Shown here: in pieces, positions 38,081-47,663 of the stretch
Layout of the letters: every line of letters begins with the position of its first letter
How positions within the stretch are numbered: position 1 is the first letter of the stretch
Assembly: GCA_963813535.1 (NCBI GenBank)
Contig: CAWEZH010000002.1
Location: forward strand, 1,344,001 to 1,408,000
Origin: an uncultured Chloroflexia bacterium
GTDB lineage: Bacteria; Chloroflexota; Limnocylindria; Limnocylindrales; CSP1-4
Length of the DNA: 64,000 nt
Direction of reading: 5' to 3'
Notes under the pieces: generated by a model
What the model saw: the letters and a program-made list of their open reading frames with translations, nothing else
Database searches by the model: none
What the model was told of the DNA's origin: nothing
Translations under genes and position numbers: made by a program

Positions 38081-38162
38081 CCCTTTCGGCCCATCGGGAG
38101 GGTTCATCGGGCCGTGCTATCCTCGCCGGCCAGCCCGCAGCGTAGGAGCCGCCCACTTCGAG

Positions 38163-40343
38163 ATGGCCGCTGTCGATCCCGGAGCGCCAGCCCCGACCGC
38201 GGCACAGGCACGCCCCCGTCGCGTCCCGAAGCGAGAGCCCTCCCCGCTCCCCTATCTGAATCGCGAGCTGTCCTGGCTCGAGTTCAACGCGCGCGTCCTG
38301 TACGAAGCCCGTGACGCGCGGAACCCGCTCCTCGAACGGGCCAAATTCGCGGCCATCTTCGCGGGCAATCTCGACGAATTCTTCCAGGTCCGCATCGCCG
38401 GGCTGCGCCAGCAGGTCGAGGCTGGCGCCGTCACCCGGGCGCCCGATGGCCGCACGCCGGCCGAGCAGCTCGCCGCCGCACGCGAGCGCGTCCTTGAGCT
38501 CGTGGCCGACCTGTCCTCGACCTTTGCGGAGCTCCGTCGGGCGCTCGCCGCCGAAGGCGTCTCGATCCTCGACTACACCGAGGTCCCGGAGCATCACGAG
38601 GCGCTCCGGCAGCGGTTCCTCGATGAGATCTTCCCGGTCCTGACGCCGCTCGCGGTCGATCCGGGTCATCCGTTCCCGTACATCTCGAGCCTGAGCATGT
38701 CGATCGCCGTCGGTCTGCGCGACCCCGAAACGAACGAACGGGTCTTCGCGCGCGTGAAGGTCCCGCAGATCCTGCCGCGGCTGCTCGAGGTCGAGACGCA
38801 CAAGTTCATCCCCATCGACCAGGTCATCGAGGCCAATCTCCAGGACCTCTTCACCGGCATGGAGGTCGTCGACTCGCACCTCTTCCGGGTCACCCGCAAC
38901 GCCGACTTCACTGTCGAGGAGGACGAAGCCGACGACCTCCTGATGGCGATCGAGGAGGAGCTGCGTCGACGTCGGTTCGGCGAGGCGGTGCGCCTCGAGG
39001 TCGAGCGGACGATGCCCGCCGCGACGAGGAACCTGCTGCTACGCGGCCTCGGGCTGGAGGCCGAGGATGCCTACGAGATCACCGGCATGCTCGACCTGAC
39101 TGCGCTCTTCCGGATCGCCGAGCTGGATATCCCGGAATTGCGAGCCGCGCCGTGGACGCCGGTGACGCCGCCCAGGTTGACCCCTCCCGACGAGGATGAG
39201 CCGGCAGACGTGTTCGCCGCGATCAGGGCCGGCGACATCCTCGTCCACCATCCCTACGAGTCGTTCGCGTCATCGGTCGAGCGGTTCATCGGACAGGCCG
39301 CCGACGATCCGGACGTCCTGACGATCAAGATGACCCTGTACCGGACGTCGGGCGACTCACCGATCGTGCAATCGCTGATCCGCGCCGCCGAACGCGGCAA
39401 GCAGATCGTCGTCCTCGTCGAGATCAAGGCGCGCTTCGACGAGGAAGCCAACATCATCTGGGCCCGCAAGCTCGAGCGGGCGGGTGCCCACGTGGTCTAC
39501 GGCCTGGTCGGTCTGAAGACCCACTCCAAGACCGCGCTGGTCGTGCGACGAGAGGGTTCCGGGCTGCGACGCTACGTCCACATCGGGACGGGCAACTACA
39601 ACGCGAAGACGGCTCGCCTGTACGTGGATCTCGGGCTGCTGACGGCCCGCCCGGAGATCGGCGCCGACGTCACGGACCTCTTCAACGTGCTGACCGGTCT
39701 GTCCCGTCAGCGCACGTTCCGCCGGCTGCTGGTCGCCCCCCACAGCATGCGGTCCGGGTTCATCGACCTCGTCGAGCGCGAGATCGCCCATGCCGCCGCC
39801 GGACGACCCGCGCGCATCGTGCTGAAGCTCAACGCGATCGTGGATGTGCCCGTGATCGAGGCGCTGTACCGCGCTGCGAGCGCCGGCGTCGACATCGACC
39901 TCATCGTCCGAGGCGCGTCGTCGATCCAACCCGGTCTGCCCGGGATCTCGGAGCGCATCCGGGTGCGGTCGATCGTCGGCGAGTTCCTGGAGCATTCGCG
40001 GATCTGGGGATTCGCCAATGGCGGCGACCAGGAGTGGTACATCGGCTCGGCGGACCTGATGGATCGCAACCTGGATCGCCGCGTCGAAGCCGTCGTCCCC
40101 GTCGAGGACGGTGAGGCCAAGGCCCGGATCGAAGAGATCATCGACGTCATGCTCCGGGATGACCGCCGGTCGTGGCAGCTCCAGTCGGACGCACGCTGGG
40201 TCCGGACGGAGACGCTCGAGGGCCGACCGGGCACGATCGACACCTTCGAGGCGATGAAGGAACTGGCACTCGAGTCGGGGCACACGGCGTCCGCGCCGCG
40301 GCGGCCCGGCTCCGGTTCGGGGTCGCTGGACCCGCGAGCATGA
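38163..40343 (+). CDS. ppk1: Polyphosphate kinase 1
   Basis: NRELSWLEFNARV, NLDEFF, DPGHPFP, HHPYESF, TLYRTSGDSP, KARFDE, KTHSK, GTGNYN, FLEHSRI, SADLMDRNLDRRVE. Confidence 0.96.
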   Translation: MAAVDPGAPAPTAAQARPRRVPKREPSPLPYLNRELSWLEFNARVLYEARDARNPLLERAKFAAIFAGNLDEFFQVRIAGLRQQVEAGAVTRAPDGRTPAEQLAAARERVLELVADLSSTFAELRRALAAEGVSILDYTEVPEHHEALRQRFLDEIFPVLTPLAVDPGHPFPYISSLSMSIAVGLRDPETNERVFARVKVPQILPRLLEVETHKFIPIDQVIEANLQDLFTGMEVVDSHLFRVTRNADFTVEEDEADDLLMAIEEELRRRRFGEAVRLEVERTMPAATRNLLLRGLGLEAEDAYEITGMLDLTALFRIAELDIPELRAAPWTPVTPPRLTPPDEDEPADVFAAIRAGDILVHHPYESFASSVERFIGQAADDPDVLTIKMTLYRTSGDSPIVQSLIRAAERGKQIVVLVEIKARFDEEANIIWARKLERAGAHVVYGLVGLKTHSKTALVVRREGSGLRRYVHIGTGNYNAKTARLYVDLGLLTARPEIGADVTDLFNVLTGLSRQRTFRRLLVAPHSMRSGFIDLVEREIAHAAAGRPARIVLKLNAIVDVPVIEALYRAASAGVDIDLIVRGASSIQPGLPGISERIRVRSIVGEFLEHSRIWGFANGGDQEWYIGSADLMDRNLDRRVEAVVPVEDGEAKARIEEIIDVMLRDDRRSWQLQSDARWVRTETLEGRPGTIDTFEAMKELALESGHTASAPRRPGSGSGSLDPRA

Positions 40344-42016
40344 TGGAGGTCGAGCTCAAGTACCGCGTCGGCGACATGGCCGCGGCCGAGCGTGTCCTCG
40401 CCGCGGAACGCCTCGGGCCATTCACCGGCGCGTCCGGCGGTGCACGTGCGACACAGCTCGAGGACCGCTATGTCGATACGGCGGACGGTGCACTGGCGCG
40501 TGCCGGTTTCGCTGTCCGGCTCCGGCAGGGTGGTGGCGACACGATCGTAACGGTCAAGTCGGTCGCCCACGCGGATGGACCGGGCGGTAGCTTCTCCCGC
40601 GAGGAGCTGGAAGGGCCGGCTGACCGTGTCGCTCCCCCGATCGATTGGCCGGCCTCGGATGCCCGCGCGCTGGTCATGGAGCACGCGGGCGACGCGCCCC
40701 TCGTGGAACGCGTGACGATCCGCCAGCTGCGCCGGGTGCGACAGCTCAAGTCGGCGGCGACGCGCGTAGAGCTGAGCCTGGACGAAGTCGATGTCGTGAC
40801 TCGCGGTCGCGTCGTCGATCGATTCGTCGAGCTCGAGGCGGAGCTCAAGAAGGGCGACCAGGGCGACCTGGCGGCCCTTGGCGAGGCCATCGACTCCGAG
40901 AGCGGCCTCGAGCGGGCGACGATCAGCAAGCTCGACGCGGCGCTCGCCGCCATGGAGTTCGCGGCGAACGGAGATGTCGAGCCGATAGACCCGGGTGCGC
41001 GCACGACGCCTGTGACCCGAGTGGAACCCGTCGACGGCGACGAACCGCCGTCCACGCCCGGGGCGAGCGGTCCGCGCCTCGTCGTCGGGAAGACCGCGGG
41101 CGTGCTCGCGGACGACACGGTGGCGGAGGCGGGACGAAAGGTCATGCGCTTCCACCTCGCCCGCATGCTCGACAAGGAGCAGGCCGTCCGCGGGGGTGAC
41201 GACTCGGAGGACATCCACAAGATGCGCGTCGCGACTCGTCGCCAGCGTGCTGCGTGGCGCATCTTCGGAGAGGCCTACAGGCAGGGCCGGACGAAGGCCT
41301 ATCGCCGCGGCCTGCGCGACACCGCGCGACGCCTGGGCGCGGTGCGCGACCTGGACGTCCAGCTCGAGGGGATCGACGCGTATCGGGCCGACAGGCCGGT
41401 CACGGAGCAGCGGGCGCTCGAGCCGCTGGTCGCGTCGTGGCGACAGCACCGCGACGACGCCAAGACCCTCCTTCGCCGCGAGCTCGAGTCGCCGGGCTAC
41501 GCCCGGTTCGTCGATGACTACCTCGATTTCGTGCGGACCGAGGGCGCCGCCGCGGTGGCCGTGCGTGCAGGCGAGCCACATCTCATCCGCGATACCGCGC
41601 CGTCGCGCATCTGGGCAGCCTACGAGCAGGTGCGCGGCTACGAGCCGATCCTGCGCTGGGCCGACGTGCCGACGTTGCACGAGCTGCGCATCGCCGGGAA
41701 ATGGCTGCGGTACTCGCTCGAGTTCGTCCAGGAACCCCTGGGCAACGGGGCGCTGCCCCTGATCGCCCGTGTCACCGCCTTGCAGGATCACCTCGGACTC
41801 ATGAACGATGCCAGCGTGTCGGCATCGCTGGCGCGGACGTTCCTCGTCGAGCACGCCGCCTCGCTGAGTGCGCTCGAGAGTGCCGCGATCGGCCGTTACC
41901 TCGTCGATCGCGAGCGCGAGGTCGCCAGGCTGCGACGGACGATCGGCGGCACGTGGCGGGGGATCGCTGGTCTGGGTTATCGGCGCTCGCTCGGGCGGGT
42001 CGTCGCGGGCGTCTAG
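40340..42016 (+). CDS. CYTH + CHAD domain protein (polyphosphate-binding)
   Basis: N-terminal EVELKY and ELEAELK (CYTH); IHKMRVATRR, LGAVRDLDV, LHELRIAGKWLRY, LQDHLG.MND (CHAD); ATGA-coupled to ppk1. Confidence 0.9.
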   Translation: MMEVELKYRVGDMAAAERVLAAERLGPFTGASGGARATQLEDRYVDTADGALARAGFAVRLRQGGGDTIVTVKSVAHADGPGGSFSREELEGPADRVAPPIDWPASDARALVMEHAGDAPLVERVTIRQLRRVRQLKSAATRVELSLDEVDVVTRGRVVDRFVELEAELKKGDQGDLAALGEAIDSESGLERATISKLDAALAAMEFAANGDVEPIDPGARTTPVTRVEPVDGDEPPSTPGASGPRLVVGKTAGVLADDTVAEAGRKVMRFHLARMLDKEQAVRGGDDSEDIHKMRVATRRQRAAWRIFGEAYRQGRTKAYRRGLRDTARRLGAVRDLDVQLEGIDAYRADRPVTEQRALEPLVASWRQHRDDAKTLLRRELESPGYARFVDDYLDFVRTEGAAAVAVRAGEPHLIRDTAPSRIWAAYEQVRGYEPILRWADVPTLHELRIAGKWLRYSLEFVQEPLGNGALPLIARVTALQDHLGLMNDASVSASLARTFLVEHAASLSALESAAIGRYLVDREREVARLRRTIGGTWRGIAGLGYRRSLGRVVAGV

Positions 42017-42999
42017 CCCGACTCGCCGTCCGCCCGCGGGCGGCGCTCACCGGGGACTCGCCACCCGTGCGCGAGCGCCGGGAGCCGGTCGCGCCAGGCT
42101 CGGCCGGCATGCTCGGCGACCAGAACGGCACCCTCACGGATGCCCGCCTCCGAGACGCGCACCCGATCGACGCCGTAGTGCCGCATCAGCGCCTCGACGA
42201 TGACTGCACCGGCGGCCAGCATCGGACCCCGCTTCGGGTTGATGAAGAACCGCTCCGTCAACGCCGCGGCCGGCATGGACATCAGCATGTCGAGGACGCC
42301 CGAGACGGTCTGCCGGGTGAGTTCCTGCATCTCGATGCCACCGGGCGTGACCTTGAGGAGGTTGGACGCGGTGCCACCGACGGCGACGAGATCGACCGGG
42401 GATGCCGGGAGGGCGCCGCCCATGATGTCGCCGGCACTGACGCGCATCGCGTCGACCGCCTCGGGCGTCGGTGGATCCGACGTCACGAAGCGGTTCGACA
42501 ACCGCCCGGAGCCGAGCCGAAGACCCGCCGCCCGCGGCGCTCCTTCGCGGGTCACGACGCAGAACTCCGAACTGCCACCGCCGATGTCGACGACGAGCGT
42601 TTCGTGCTCGACGGGCCAGCCACCGGTGACGCCGACGACCGTCAGGTAGGCCTCCTCTTCGTGCGACAGGACATGAAGCGGCACGGCGGTGCGCCCCTCC
42701 ACGTCACCGACGATGCGTCCCGCATCGGCCGCGCGCCGGAGCGGCTCGGTCCCGAGGAACGTGACATGCGCTGCGCCGAGCGTTCGAGCGCGATCCGCAT
42801 ACCGCGCAAGGGCGGTCGTCAGCTCGTCGCGGGCGGGTCGACCAAGGTGGGCACGAGCGTCGACCGCGGCACCAAGCCCGAGGAAGACCGACTCGTCGGC
42901 GAGCGGTCGGAGGCGGTGACCGTCGATCGCGGCGACGAGGAGATGGACCGAATTGGACCCGAGGTCGACGGCCGCTCCGACCGACGGCCCGTCGGTCAC
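42013..42999 (-). CDS. ppx: Ppx/GppA exopolyphosphatase (short form, no HD domain)
   Basis: AVDLGSNSVH, EEEA, DIGGGSSE, GGT, GIREG. Confidence 0.85.
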   Translation of the reverse strand: MTDGPSVGAAVDLGSNSVHLLVAAIDGHRLRPLADESVFLGLGAAVDARAHLGRPARDELTTALARYADRARTLGAAHVTFLGTEPLRRAADAGRIVGDVEGRTAVPLHVLSHEEEAYLTVVGVTGGWPVEHETLVVDIGGGSSEFCVVTREGAPRAAGLRLGSGRLSNRFVTSDPPTPEAVDAMRVSAGDIMGGALPASPVDLVAVGGTASNLLKVTPGGIEMQELTRQTVSGVLDMLMSMPAAALTERFFINPKRGPMLAAGAVIVEALMRHYGVDRVRVSEAGIREGAVLVAEHAGRAWRDRLPALAHGWRVPGERRPRADGESG

Positions 43000-43658
43000 G
43001 GGCTCGGCGCGGACTTTCGTGGCGTCGGCTTGCGCGGAGTCGGCGTCGCCTTGGCGGCGGGAGGCGACGCCGCCTTGCGTGCGACTGCCACGGGAGCCGA
43101 TCCGTCGGTCGCCGCCGCCAGCGTGGCCGGCGTCGTCGAGGTGGACGGCTTCGCGGAGGTGGCCGGCTTCCGACGTCTGGTCGGACTTGTCGGCTTCCGG
43201 CGCGAGGTCGGCTTCGAGGTCCTCCGAGCGGATGTCCGGCCCGTGCGAGGCTTTGGCGGCGGCGTCGCGCGAACCGGCGTCCCGGTCGAGGCCGGCTTGG
43301 CCGGTGGCGTGGCGGCCGCCTTGGATCCCCCCGACGCGGCGCTGCTCGCCTTGTCGCGGATCCGCCCGATGATGGCGGCCATCTCGACCGCGGCCGCGGC
43401 GGCCTGGCGCTCGCGCTTGTCCAGCTTCAACTGCGCCTTGTGCGCCTGGCGAAGGCGCTTCGCCTCGGTCAAGCGAGCGCCATCCAGCTCCTTGGCGAGC
43501 TTGCGGATCTTGCGTTGCGCCTTCTTCGGCACGCGTGCCGCCGACGACCGCGATGCCGTGACGACATCCTCGGCCGCCGCGAGGAGATCAGACGGCACGG
43601 CCGATGACGGCCCCGTCCCATTCGTCGCTGCGTCCATGCCCTTGCGTTTATCGACCAT
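42996..43658 (-). CDS. Basic coiled-coil protein with Lys/Ala/Pro/Thr-rich histone-like tail
   Basis: GGGAGGG RBS before ATG 43658; KKAQRKIRKLAKEL...QLKLDKRERQ helix followed by PAKP/RKPT/RKSA repeats; GTGA overlap with ppx. Confidence 0.65.
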   Translation of the reverse strand: MVDKRKGMDAATNGTGPSSAVPSDLLAAAEDVVTASRSSAARVPKKAQRKIRKLAKELDGARLTEAKRLRQAHKAQLKLDKRERQAAAAAVEMAAIIGRIRDKASSAASGGSKAAATPPAKPASTGTPVRATPPPKPRTGRTSARRTSKPTSRRKPTSPTRRRKPATSAKPSTSTTPATLAAATDGSAPVAVARKAASPPAAKATPTPRKPTPRKSAPSP

Positions 43659-43759
43659 CCCAGCCCTCCCGGTACGAGCTCTTCCGTTGGATAGCGGCTC
43701 GGAACGGTACCACCCGAAGATCAACGCGGCGGCCCGCGAACGGACTCGGGCAGCCGAAT

Positions 43760-43798
43760 GCGAACAGGACGTTAACGACCCGTCGACGGGTCGTTATC
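43760..43798. promoter_or_regulatory. PHO-box-like 11-bp repeats containing a perfect 24-bp palindrome
   Basis: GTTAAC 43771, GTCGAC 43782, GTTATC 43793; TAACGACCCGTC|GACGGGTCGTTA at 43773-43796; lies between divergent genes. Confidence 0.6.
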
Positions 43799-43820
43799 CG
43801 CGAGGGGTCAACGTCGCGTC

Positions 43821-44513
43821 ATGGCCGCGCCATCCTTCCCCACCTGGCTCGCCCTGGCAGATGGCGGCCCGGTCGCCGATCTGGCGGCGATCGTCGGCCC
43901 GCGAACGATCGAATCGACGACAGATCCCGCCGTGTTCGCGCAACTCTTGCGATCTGCTCGGCCACGGATCGCGATCGTCGAAACGCCGCCAGGTGGACCG
44001 AACGACCTCGATCTTGCGCTCGAGGAGCGACGCCGCCGCCCCGGTCTACGGGTCGTCGCGATCAGCCCACCAGGCGCCATCGCAGAGCGGTTGGAAGCCC
44101 TCCGGGCCGGCGCTGATGAAGCACACGCAGACACGATCGATGCGACCGAACTCGGCGCTCGCCTGGCACTGCTCGACGAGCGTTCGCGCTCGCGACCAGC
44201 ATCGCTGCTGATGGTCGCCGACGACACGCACCTCGACCTCGCGGCGCACGAGGTCCGCCGAGCCGGAATGCTCGTCCACCTGCGGCCGAAGGAGTTCCAG
44301 CTGCTGACCGTCCTGGCCTCGCACCCCGGGCGCGCCTACAGCCGACGACAGCTGCTCGATCGGGTGTGGGGACCGGCCCATCACGGGGATCCGCGCACCG
44401 TCGACGTCCATGTGCGCTGGCTGCGCAGCAAGATCGAGCCTCGTCCGGAGGCGCCCGTGCACCTCGTCACGGTCCGTGGCGTCGGCTACCGCCTCGATCC
44501 CGACGGTCGTTGA
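43821..44513 (+). CDS. OmpR/PhoB-family regulator with degenerate (pseudo-)receiver domain
   Basis: C-terminal winged helix LRPKEFQLL...RTVDVHVRWLRSKIE...TVRGVGY; receiver lacks the acidic pocket, phospho-Asp (AIVE) and KP lysine. Confidence 0.8.
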   Translation: MAAPSFPTWLALADGGPVADLAAIVGPRTIESTTDPAVFAQLLRSARPRIAIVETPPGGPNDLDLALEERRRRPGLRVVAISPPGAIAERLEALRAGADEAHADTIDATELGARLALLDERSRSRPASLLMVADDTHLDLAAHEVRRAGMLVHLRPKEFQLLTVLASHPGRAYSRRQLLDRVWGPAHHGDPRTVDVHVRWLRSKIEPRPEAPVHLVTVRGVGYRLDPDGR

Positions 44514-44580
44514 TCCCGTGCGCGGGGGCTCGACATGCCGTCGGTCGTACCCCTCGCGGCGATCGGGGCTGGGCGCGCAC

Positions 44581-44619
44581 GTTAACCGTCCCTTAACCCA
44601 TCGAAAAGCAGCCGTTGAC
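44581..44619 (+). promoter_or_regulatory. PHO-box-like direct repeats upstream of pstS
   Basis: GTTAAC 44581, CTTAAC 44592, GTTGAC 44614, all in 11-bp register. Confidence 0.65.
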
Positions 44620-44711
44620 GGCGTCTTCCGAAGGTCGGGGTGTCACACAGGGAAGACAGATCCGAGACCGGCCGCCTCCCTGCCGGCCGACCAAGGAGGA
44701 ATCATCGGGTG

Positions 44712-45728
44712 ATGATCACGACCACGAAGCGCATCGGCGCCCTGGCCCTCATGGCCGCGTTCGCCCTGGGCGCCTGTTCGAGCGGTAGCGGCGGGTCGGC
44801 AGCGCCGAGCGCCGCCGCCCCCAGCGAAGGAGCTCCGAGCATCGCGCCCGAGAGCTCGGCACCGGCCGTCTCGGGAACGGTCACTATCGACGGCTCCAGC
44901 ACGGTCTATCCCATCACGGAGGCCGTCGCCGAGGAGTTCCAGCTCGCGAACAGCGGCGTGCAGGTCCCGACCGCATTCTCCGGCACCGGCGGTGGCTTCA
45001 AGAAGTTCTGCGCAGGCGAGACCGATATCAACGACGCCTCACGACCCATCAAGGCGGACGACGAGGGTGAGGGCAAGGCCTGCACGGCCAACGGCATCGA
45101 GTTCGTCGAGCTGCAGGTCGCGATCGACGGCCTGACCGTCGCCGTGAACCCGGCCAACACGTTCGCAAGCTGCCTGACGGTCGAAGAGCTCGCCAAGATC
45201 TACGGACCGGACTCGCCCGAGAACCTGACGTGGAAGGACGTCCGCGCCGAGTTCCCGGCTGAGGCCGTCAACCGGTTCATGCCGGGCGCCGACTCGGGCA
45301 CCTTCGACTACTTCACCGAGGAGATCAACGGCGAGGTCGACGCGGCCACGCAGTTCGCCACCCAGTCCGAGGACGACAACGTCCTGGTGACCGGTGTGAG
45401 CGGCGACCCGAACGCGATCGCCTTCTTCGGCTACGCGTACTTCGTCGAGAACCAGGACAAGCTCAAGGCCCTCGAGGTCGATGGCGGCAGCGGCTGCGTC
45501 GGTCCGACCGAGGCGACCATCAACGACGGCAGCTATGCCCCGCTCAGCCGCCCGCTGTTCATCTATCCCGACATCGGCAAGGCCAAGGAGCGTCCCGAGC
45601 TGAAGGCCTTCGTGGACTTCTACCTCGCTAATGCCGAGATGTTGGCAGCCGAAGTCGGCTACATCCCGGTCCCGGCGGACGTCAAGACCGCCGAGACCAC
45701 GGAGTGGACCACCGCCGTCGGCGGCTGA
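44712..45728 (+). CDS. pstS: Phosphate ABC transporter substrate-binding lipoprotein
   Basis: Lipobox LGAC; [47 protein letters not shown]; AAGGAGG RBS. Confidence 0.95.
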   Translation: MITTTKRIGALALMAAFALGACSSGSGGSAAPSAAAPSEGAPSIAPESSAPAVSGTVTIDGSSTVYPITEAVAEEFQLANSGVQVPTAFSGTGGGFKKFCAGETDINDASRPIKADDEGEGKACTANGIEFVELQVAIDGLTVAVNPANTFASCLTVEELAKIYGPDSPENLTWKDVRAEFPAEAVNRFMPGADSGTFDYFTEEINGEVDAATQFATQSEDDNVLVTGVSGDPNAIAFFGYAYFVENQDKLKALEVDGGSGCVGPTEATINDGSYAPLSRPLFIYPDIGKAKERPELKAFVDFYLANAEMLAAEVGYIPVPADVKTAETTEWTTAVGG

Positions 45729-45749
45729 TCACGAACGCTCCTCCTCCCC

Positions 45750-45784
45750 CGGATGCCGGCCCTGCTCGGATGGGCCGGCATCCG
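45750..45784 (+). terminator. Hairpin after pstS (terminator or mRNA stabiliser)
   Basis: CGGATGCCGGCCC...GGGCCGGCATCCG 13-bp stem. Confidence 0.65.
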
Positions 45785-45853
45785 TGCCTCTCGCATCCTG
45801 CGGCGACGGTGCCGTAGGCTATTGAACCGCCGACTCGAGGAGCCCCTCATCGC

Positions 45854-46765
45854 ATGACCGGTCAGGCAGTCCCGATGGTGCTGACGCGTCAGCGGACGCG
45901 CAGCGAACGCGTGATCGAGCCGCTGCTGTTCCTGGCGGCCGCCCTCAGCGTCCTCACGACGATCGGCATCATCCTGGTGCTGGCATACGAGACGATCGAG
46001 TTCTTCCTCGAGGTCAGCCCGATCGAGTTCTTCACCGGGACCCATTGGTCGGCCTCGATCAAGCCGCAGGCCTGGGGCGTCCTGGCCCTCGTGTCGGGGA
46101 CCCTCCTCGTCGCCGGCATCGCGATGCTGGTTGCCGTGCCGCTCGGCCTCCTGGCGGCCGTCCTCCTCGCCGAATACGCGTCGAACCGGATCCGCAACAT
46201 CGTCAAGCCGATGCTCGAGACCATCGCCGGCATCCCGACGATCGTCCTCGGGTTCTTCGCCATCAACTTCCTGGCGCCGCGGATCCTGCAACCACTCTTC
46301 GGTGTGGGGATCTTCTCGGCCCTGTCGGCAGGCCTCGTGGTGGGGCTCCTGATCACGCCACTGATCGCGTCCATCTCCGAGGACGCGATGCGCGCCGTTC
46401 CTCGCGGCATGCGCGAGGGTGCCTACGCGATGGGCGCCACCCGGTTCGAGACGATCCGCAAGGTCGTGTTCCCCGCCGCGCTGTCGGGGATCATGGCGGC
46501 CATCATCCTGGCCCTGAGCCGCGCCATCGGCGAGACGATGGCCGTGCTCATCGCCGGCGGCACGAAGCCGCAATTCACGTTGGATCCGCGCGAGAGCGTG
46601 CAGACGATGACCGGCTTCATCGCCCAGATCAGCATCGGCGAGACCGCCCAGGGCTCGATCGAGTTCAAGTCCCTCTTCGCCGTCGGCGCGACCCTGTTCG
46701 CCATCACCCTGGTCCTGAACCTGCTCAGCGCCTGGTTCGTGCGTCGATTCCGGACGGTGTACTGA
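45854..46765 (+). CDS. pstC: Phosphate ABC transporter permease PstC
   Basis: AGIPTIVLG, SEDAMRAVP, SRAIGETM. Confidence 0.93.
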   Translation: MTGQAVPMVLTRQRTRSERVIEPLLFLAAALSVLTTIGIILVLAYETIEFFLEVSPIEFFTGTHWSASIKPQAWGVLALVSGTLLVAGIAMLVAVPLGLLAAVLLAEYASNRIRNIVKPMLETIAGIPTIVLGFFAINFLAPRILQPLFGVGIFSALSAGLVVGLLITPLIASISEDAMRAVPRGMREGAYAMGATRFETIRKVVFPAALSGIMAAIILALSRAIGETMAVLIAGGTKPQFTLDPRESVQTMTGFIAQISIGETAQGSIEFKSLFAVGATLFAITLVLNLLSAWFVRRFRTVY

Positions 46766-46766
46766 G

Positions 46767-47663
46767 ATGACCGCAGCGACCGCTCCCGTCGCCCGTCCGC
46801 GGTTCGAGCCGGCGCTCCAACGCCGGCGGGTCACGGGCACGATCTTCTACGGAGCGTGCATCGCTGCCATCGGCATCCTGCTGCTCGCCCTGCTGATGCT
46901 GCTGTACGACATCCTGGTCCGGGGATTGCCGTGGCTCGATATCGATTTCCTGACGGGCGTGCCGTCGAGACGGCCGGAGCGGGCCGGCATCCTGCCGGCC
47001 ATCGTGGGGTCGATCGAGATCGCCCTTATCGTCGCCATCACGGCCTTCCCGGTCGGCGTCTCGGCCGCCATCTACCTTGCCGAGTACGCCAAACCCGGAG
47101 TGCTGAGCCGCATCCTCGAGACGAACATCAGCAACCTCGCCGGCGTCCCATCGATCATCTACGGCATCCTCGGGCTGGCCGTGTTCGTCCGGATCCTGGG
47201 CATGGGTCCCACGATCCTGGCCGGCGGCCTGACGCTCTCCCTGCTGATCCTGCCGGTCGTCATCATCGCGTCGATCGAAGCGATCAAGGCCGTGCCGCAG
47301 GCCCAGCGTGAAGGGGCGTATGCCCTCGGCGCGACGCGCTGGCAGATGGTCCGCGGCGCGGTCCTGCCGGCTGCGGCGCCGGGCATCATGACCGGCATCA
47401 TCCTCGCCATGGCGCGCGCGATCGGTGAGGCCGCTCCATTGCTGCTGATCGGCGCGTTCACGTTCGTGACGTTCCTGCCGAACCCCATCGCGGGCGGGTA
47501 CACGGTCCTGCCGCTCCAGGTGTTCGGCTGGATCAGCCGTCCGCAGGCCGACTTCCAGGGCATCGCCGCGGCGACGATCATCGTGATCCTCGCGCTGATG
47601 CTGATCCTGAACTTGCTCGCGCTCGTCATCCGGGCGCGCCTCTCGAGACTCATCCAGTGGTAG
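46767..47663 (+). CDS. pstA: Phosphate ABC transporter permease PstA
   Basis: [30 protein letters not shown]. Confidence 0.93.
   Translation: MTAATAPVARPRFEPALQRRRVTGTIFYGACIAAIGILLLALLMLLYDILVRGLPWLDIDFLTGVPSRRPERAGILPAIVGSIEIALIVAITAFPVGVSAAIYLAEYAKPGVLSRILETNISNLAGVPSIIYGILGLAVFVRILGMGPTILAGGLTLSLLILPVVIIASIEAIKAVPQAQREGAYALGATRWQMVRGAVLPAAAPGIMTGIILAMARAIGEAAPLLLIGAFTFVTFLPNPIAGGYTVLPLQVFGWISRPQADFQGIAAATIIVILALMLILNLLALVIRARLSRLIQW

Noticed and set aside
38095-38125. Possible PHO box upstream of ppk1 (GTTCAT at 38102)
   Set aside because: Single half-site with no partner in 11-bp register
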